A DNA stretch of 32,000 nt, from NCBI GenBank assembly GCA_965227835.1, contig OZ245768.1:1260001-1292000 (forward strand), given 5' to 3'. The translations under genes were made by a program, and so were the position numbers. Source of the stretch: Candidatus Saccharimonadota bacterium (GTDB taxonomy: Bacteria > Patescibacteriota > Gracilibacteria > BD1-5 > UBA6164). Below the pieces are notes generated by a model. It was not told the origin of the DNA, made no database searches, and saw only the letters and a program-made list of their open reading frames with translations. Positions 28,682 through 32,000 of this stretch are shown piece by piece; position 1 is the first letter of the stretch; every line of letters begins with the position of its first letter.

Positions 28682-29959
28682 ATGAATAAAAATATAGAAG
28701 ATGAAACTTCTCAAAGACCTGATGAAGATATAAATAAATCAGAAGGAATAGACACAACTAGAGAAATAAAACGTAGAATATTGGCTATTAGAGATTGAAA
28801 AAATCCAGAGAGTTGAGAAGAATCAATAGATAGATTCAGTAAATTAAAAATGTTGAAGCAAATAAAAGGTTCTTGGGATTATATATCTTATTATAAAGAT
28901 GATTTTATATTCGTCAGAAAAGGTAGAAAATGGTGATTTGTTGATAAAGAATGAGGCTTGATTTCAGATTTGTATGATGGGATAATGAGATTCTCAGAAG
29001 GTTTTGCTGTAGTTAGAAAAGAGGGAAAATGTGGACTTGTTGATAAAGAATGAAACTTAATTTCAGATTTGTATGATGAAATAACAAGATTCTCAGAAGA
29101 TTTTGCTGTAGTTGAAAAAGATGAAAAATGGTGATTTATTAATAAAAAATGAGAAGAGGTTTTAGGAGGTATAATCTATAATAATGTATGGTATTTTTCA
29201 GAAGGTCTTGCTCCGGTCGAAGAATATGGATGGTGATTCATTGATAAAAATTGAAAAAAAGTTTGAAAATGTTCTTATGATTATGTTAGTAATTTTTCAG
29301 GAGGTTTTGCTGCAGTTAAAAAAGGTAAAAAATGGGGATTTATTGACAAAGATTGAAATGAAGTTTTAGGAGGTATAATCTATAATCATGTATATAATAG
29401 TTTTTCAGGAGGTTTTGCTGCAGTTAAAAAAGGTGAAAAATGGGGATTTATTGACGAAGATTGAAATGAAGTTTTAGGAGGTTTTATCTATGATTATGTA
29501 TATAATGATTTTTCAAGAGGTTTTGCTGCAGTTGAAAAAAATGGAAAATGAGGATTCATTGATAAAGATTGAAATGAAGTTTTAGGAGGTTTCATCTATG
29601 ATCACATGGAAGGTTTTTCATGAGATTTTGCTATAGTTAAAAAAGATGGAAAATGGGGATTTGTTGACAAAGATTGAAATGAAGTCTTAGGGGACTTAAT
29701 CTATGATCGTATAGAAAATTTTTCAGGAGGTTTTGCTGCGGTTAAAAAAGGTGAAAAATGGTGATTTATTAATAAAAAATGAGAAGAGGTTTTAGGAGGT
29801 ATAATTTATGATTATGTATGAGATTTTTCATGAGGATGCAGTTTGGTTAAAAAATCTTGACAATTACCATTTTATATAAATAAAGATTGAGATATTCTTG
29901 AATATGAAGAGGGTGTAGGGATGGAACATATACACTACAAAATATTAAGTAAATACTAA
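28682..29959 (+). CDS. WG-repeat (KWG-type beta-propeller-like repeat) protein
   Basis: 425 aa. About 11 tandem units of the form Y(D/N)xVxxFSxGFAxVKKxGKWGFI(D/N)KxGxEVLGG. The G of KWG is TGA in several units (e.g. 28934-28936). Confidence 0.85.
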
Positions 29960-30264
29960 TTGTAAGAACTAAATTCTTAGTTAATATTTTTTTATCCTTA
30001 AAAATTAAGTCAAAATATCAATTAATTATATACACTCAAATCTCCCCAGTTTTTATGCTTTATAGTTTATTTTTTACCCTTATATAATTAAAAACTGGGG
30101 TTTTATATTGATTAAATTAGGTTAAATAAGTCACTTATAAAACACAAAAGATAGGAATATTTTCTATGAAAAGTAGATAGTTTTGATTTCATATATTTGC
30201 TTTTTTACACACATATATGTTAAAATTAAATTTAGTTAGATTTTTAATTTATAATTTTTTATAT

Positions 30265-32000
30265 ATGTCAGAAAATTTGTGATATAGAGAATCAAGAAAA
30301 ACTCAAAAAAACAAGGATTTTATACAATCATTAGAAAAAAGCTTAGAAGATTCAAATATAGATACTAGAGAAGCTAAAGAGCTGAGAGAAAAATATGAAG
30401 AAATAAGAGAGGCTAGAAATCAAATATTAGCAATAACAAAGGATGAACTGAAATCTCTTGCTAGATGATTAAACATTGATGAAAACTCTAGTTTGGGAAA
30501 AACTTTAAATAAGCTTATAGAAAAATCCCAAGATCAGGGTGAGGTAATTAGCAGTCCATCAGCAAGCACTGATGCAGGAATTGCTACCCCTGCACAGGAT
30601 ATTACTAATACAGAAAGTATAGAAGATGGGAAAGCGTCTGAACTAGCAAAATGAATAGATTGAGTAGAGTATGACACAGACACAAATAATTATATTTACA
30701 AATGAGAAAGAATAAGCAGAGATGATATTGAGAATAAAGATGATCTTATAAACTGGGTAGAAGAAATTGAAGATAAGATAGCCTTAGATTTAGCAAACTG
30801 AATAAACTGAGTGGAATATGATGAAAATGGAAATCAATATAAATATAAATTAGAAGAAATAAACAGAGGTGAAATTGAAAATGAAAATGATTTAGAAGCT
30901 TGGATAGACAACATAGAAGACAAAATAGCATTGGAACTAGCAAAATGAATAGATTGAGTGGAGTATAACAGAGATTCAAATATTTATACTTACAAATGAG
31001 AAGAAATAAACAGAGATGAAATTCAAGGTGAAGATGAGCTAAAAGCTTGGATTGAAGAGATGGATAAGAAAATAAGAGAATGATTAATAGCAGATTTTTG
31101 AATTGATGAAAACATATCAGAAATAGACAGTTTGGATAAAAGTTTTGCTGAATATGGTTTAGAGGGAGGGATTTTTAATCTTTTAGAAAAATATAATAGC
31201 TATATAGAAGATAAACTATCTTGATTAAAACCTGAAATTTTAGAAAAAATAAAACAATCTATATGAATAAGAATTCTAAATCTTAGGGAATCTATAAATG
31301 AAATGGAAGAAAGAATAGATAGCCTATGAGAACAAGATCAAAAGAGAAACTATCGTTGGATACTAAATTCTAAAATTCAAGAACATTTTTCTGAAATAAA
31401 CAACAAAATACTTCCAAGCGCATTATTATTACTTCAACATACAAATTGAAATATAGATTATGATAAAATAGATTTGAAAAGACCTGTATATTCTAGTCCT
31501 AAAGGACCCTGAGATTTGGGTGGGCAGACTATTTTGAGATATGAAGAATTGAGCACAAAGAAAAAAGAAGAAAAAATAAAATACAAGATAGCACAAATAG
31601 AAGAAATGTTTTCAGCTAGTTTAGATTATAATTGAGAGTTTGATGAATTTTGAATAGAAACATTTAATCAGTCAGGTACTTTGGAAATAGATGAAGAAGA
31701 AGATTTGGCTATTTTTAAAGGTATATGATGAGATAGGGATTCTTTGGCAGATATTGATTTTTTAAATGAAGCGGACAAAGAAATTGAAACTGAGGCTACT
31801 ATCGCATATTTTTCATATGTACTTATTTGTTTGGTTCCCTATATATGAGCTGCTGCAGCTGTTCCTAGTGATTTAGTAGATTTATTCTCAAATGAAGAAT
31901 GAGTATCAAAAATTTTAAGAGAGATGTGAGCTATAAATGAGGATTACAGAATGGAGAAATCTCTAATTGATAATATTTTATGATGAGTTTGATTACTATT
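30265..32000 (+). CDS. large repeat-containing hypothetical protein (3' end outside window)
   Basis: Open to the window edge with TGA=Gly (more than 578 codons). Coiled-coil-like N-terminus, three 49-aa tandem repeats, and a hydrophobic segment IAYFSYVLICLVPYIGAAAAV near the edge. Confidence 0.7.
30640..31080 (+). repeat. 3 x 147-bp in-frame tandem repeat inside the 30265 gene
   Basis: Units are 30640-30786, 30787-30933 and 30934-31080. Each encodes (E/D)LAxGIxGVEY(D/N)xxxNxYxYKxExIxRxxIxxExxLxxW(I/V)xxxExKI. Confidence 0.8.

Noticed and set aside
28900-29860. The regular ~110-nt periodic repeats looked like a possible CRISPR or other array.
   Set aside because: The periodicity is in frame and encodes WG/KWG protein repeats. 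The units are divergent at third positions and have no conserved repeat plus unique-spacer structure.
1-32000. Code 4 (TGA = Trp, Mycoplasma-like) as the explanation for the in-frame TGAs.
   Set aside because: TGG TGA occurs where homologous repeat units read TGG GGA (K-W-G-F). TGA aligns with invariant Gly in HisRS YYTGT, sigma-70 QEGN, IS5 ADKGY and NusG/KOW motifs. Only one position (29549-29551) would favour Trp.

Overview
AT-rich bacterial window that only makes sense under translation table 25 (TGA = Gly), the code of the candidate phyla Gracilibacteria and Absconditabacteria. Under the standard code nearly every housekeeping gene is broken into short pieces. Reading TGA as Gly fuses the pieces into full-length hisS, rpoD, frr, secE, nusG, greA and dnaN, and TGA falls on invariant Gly positions. 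Examples are HisRS YYT-G-T, sigma-70 IQE-G-N, IS5 ADK-G-Y and KW-G-F in WG repeats. The matching tRNA is in the window at 4268-4346: anticodon UCA with a Gly-type acceptor stem and U73. All translations and counts were done by hand, with no database search. Content: (1) a housekeeping backbone; (2) an IS-rich accessory stretch at about 7.5-12.8 kb, holding two unrelated TnpA-only IS200/IS605 elements side by side, a second near-identical but inactivated copy of one of them, and an IS903-like IS5 element with a 9-bp target duplication; (3) a set of genes at about 9.0-17.5 kb that almost completely avoid TGA-Gly (EamA, DUF2256, TPR, photolyase-like, one orphan), against 70-85% TGA-Gly in core genes, which suggests import from standard-code donors, and the EamA gene carries a former TGA stop that is now read through; (4) large orphan surface or secreted proteins; (5) a dispersed family of short palindromic intergenic repeats. 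No CRISPR array, rRNA or prophage module was seen.
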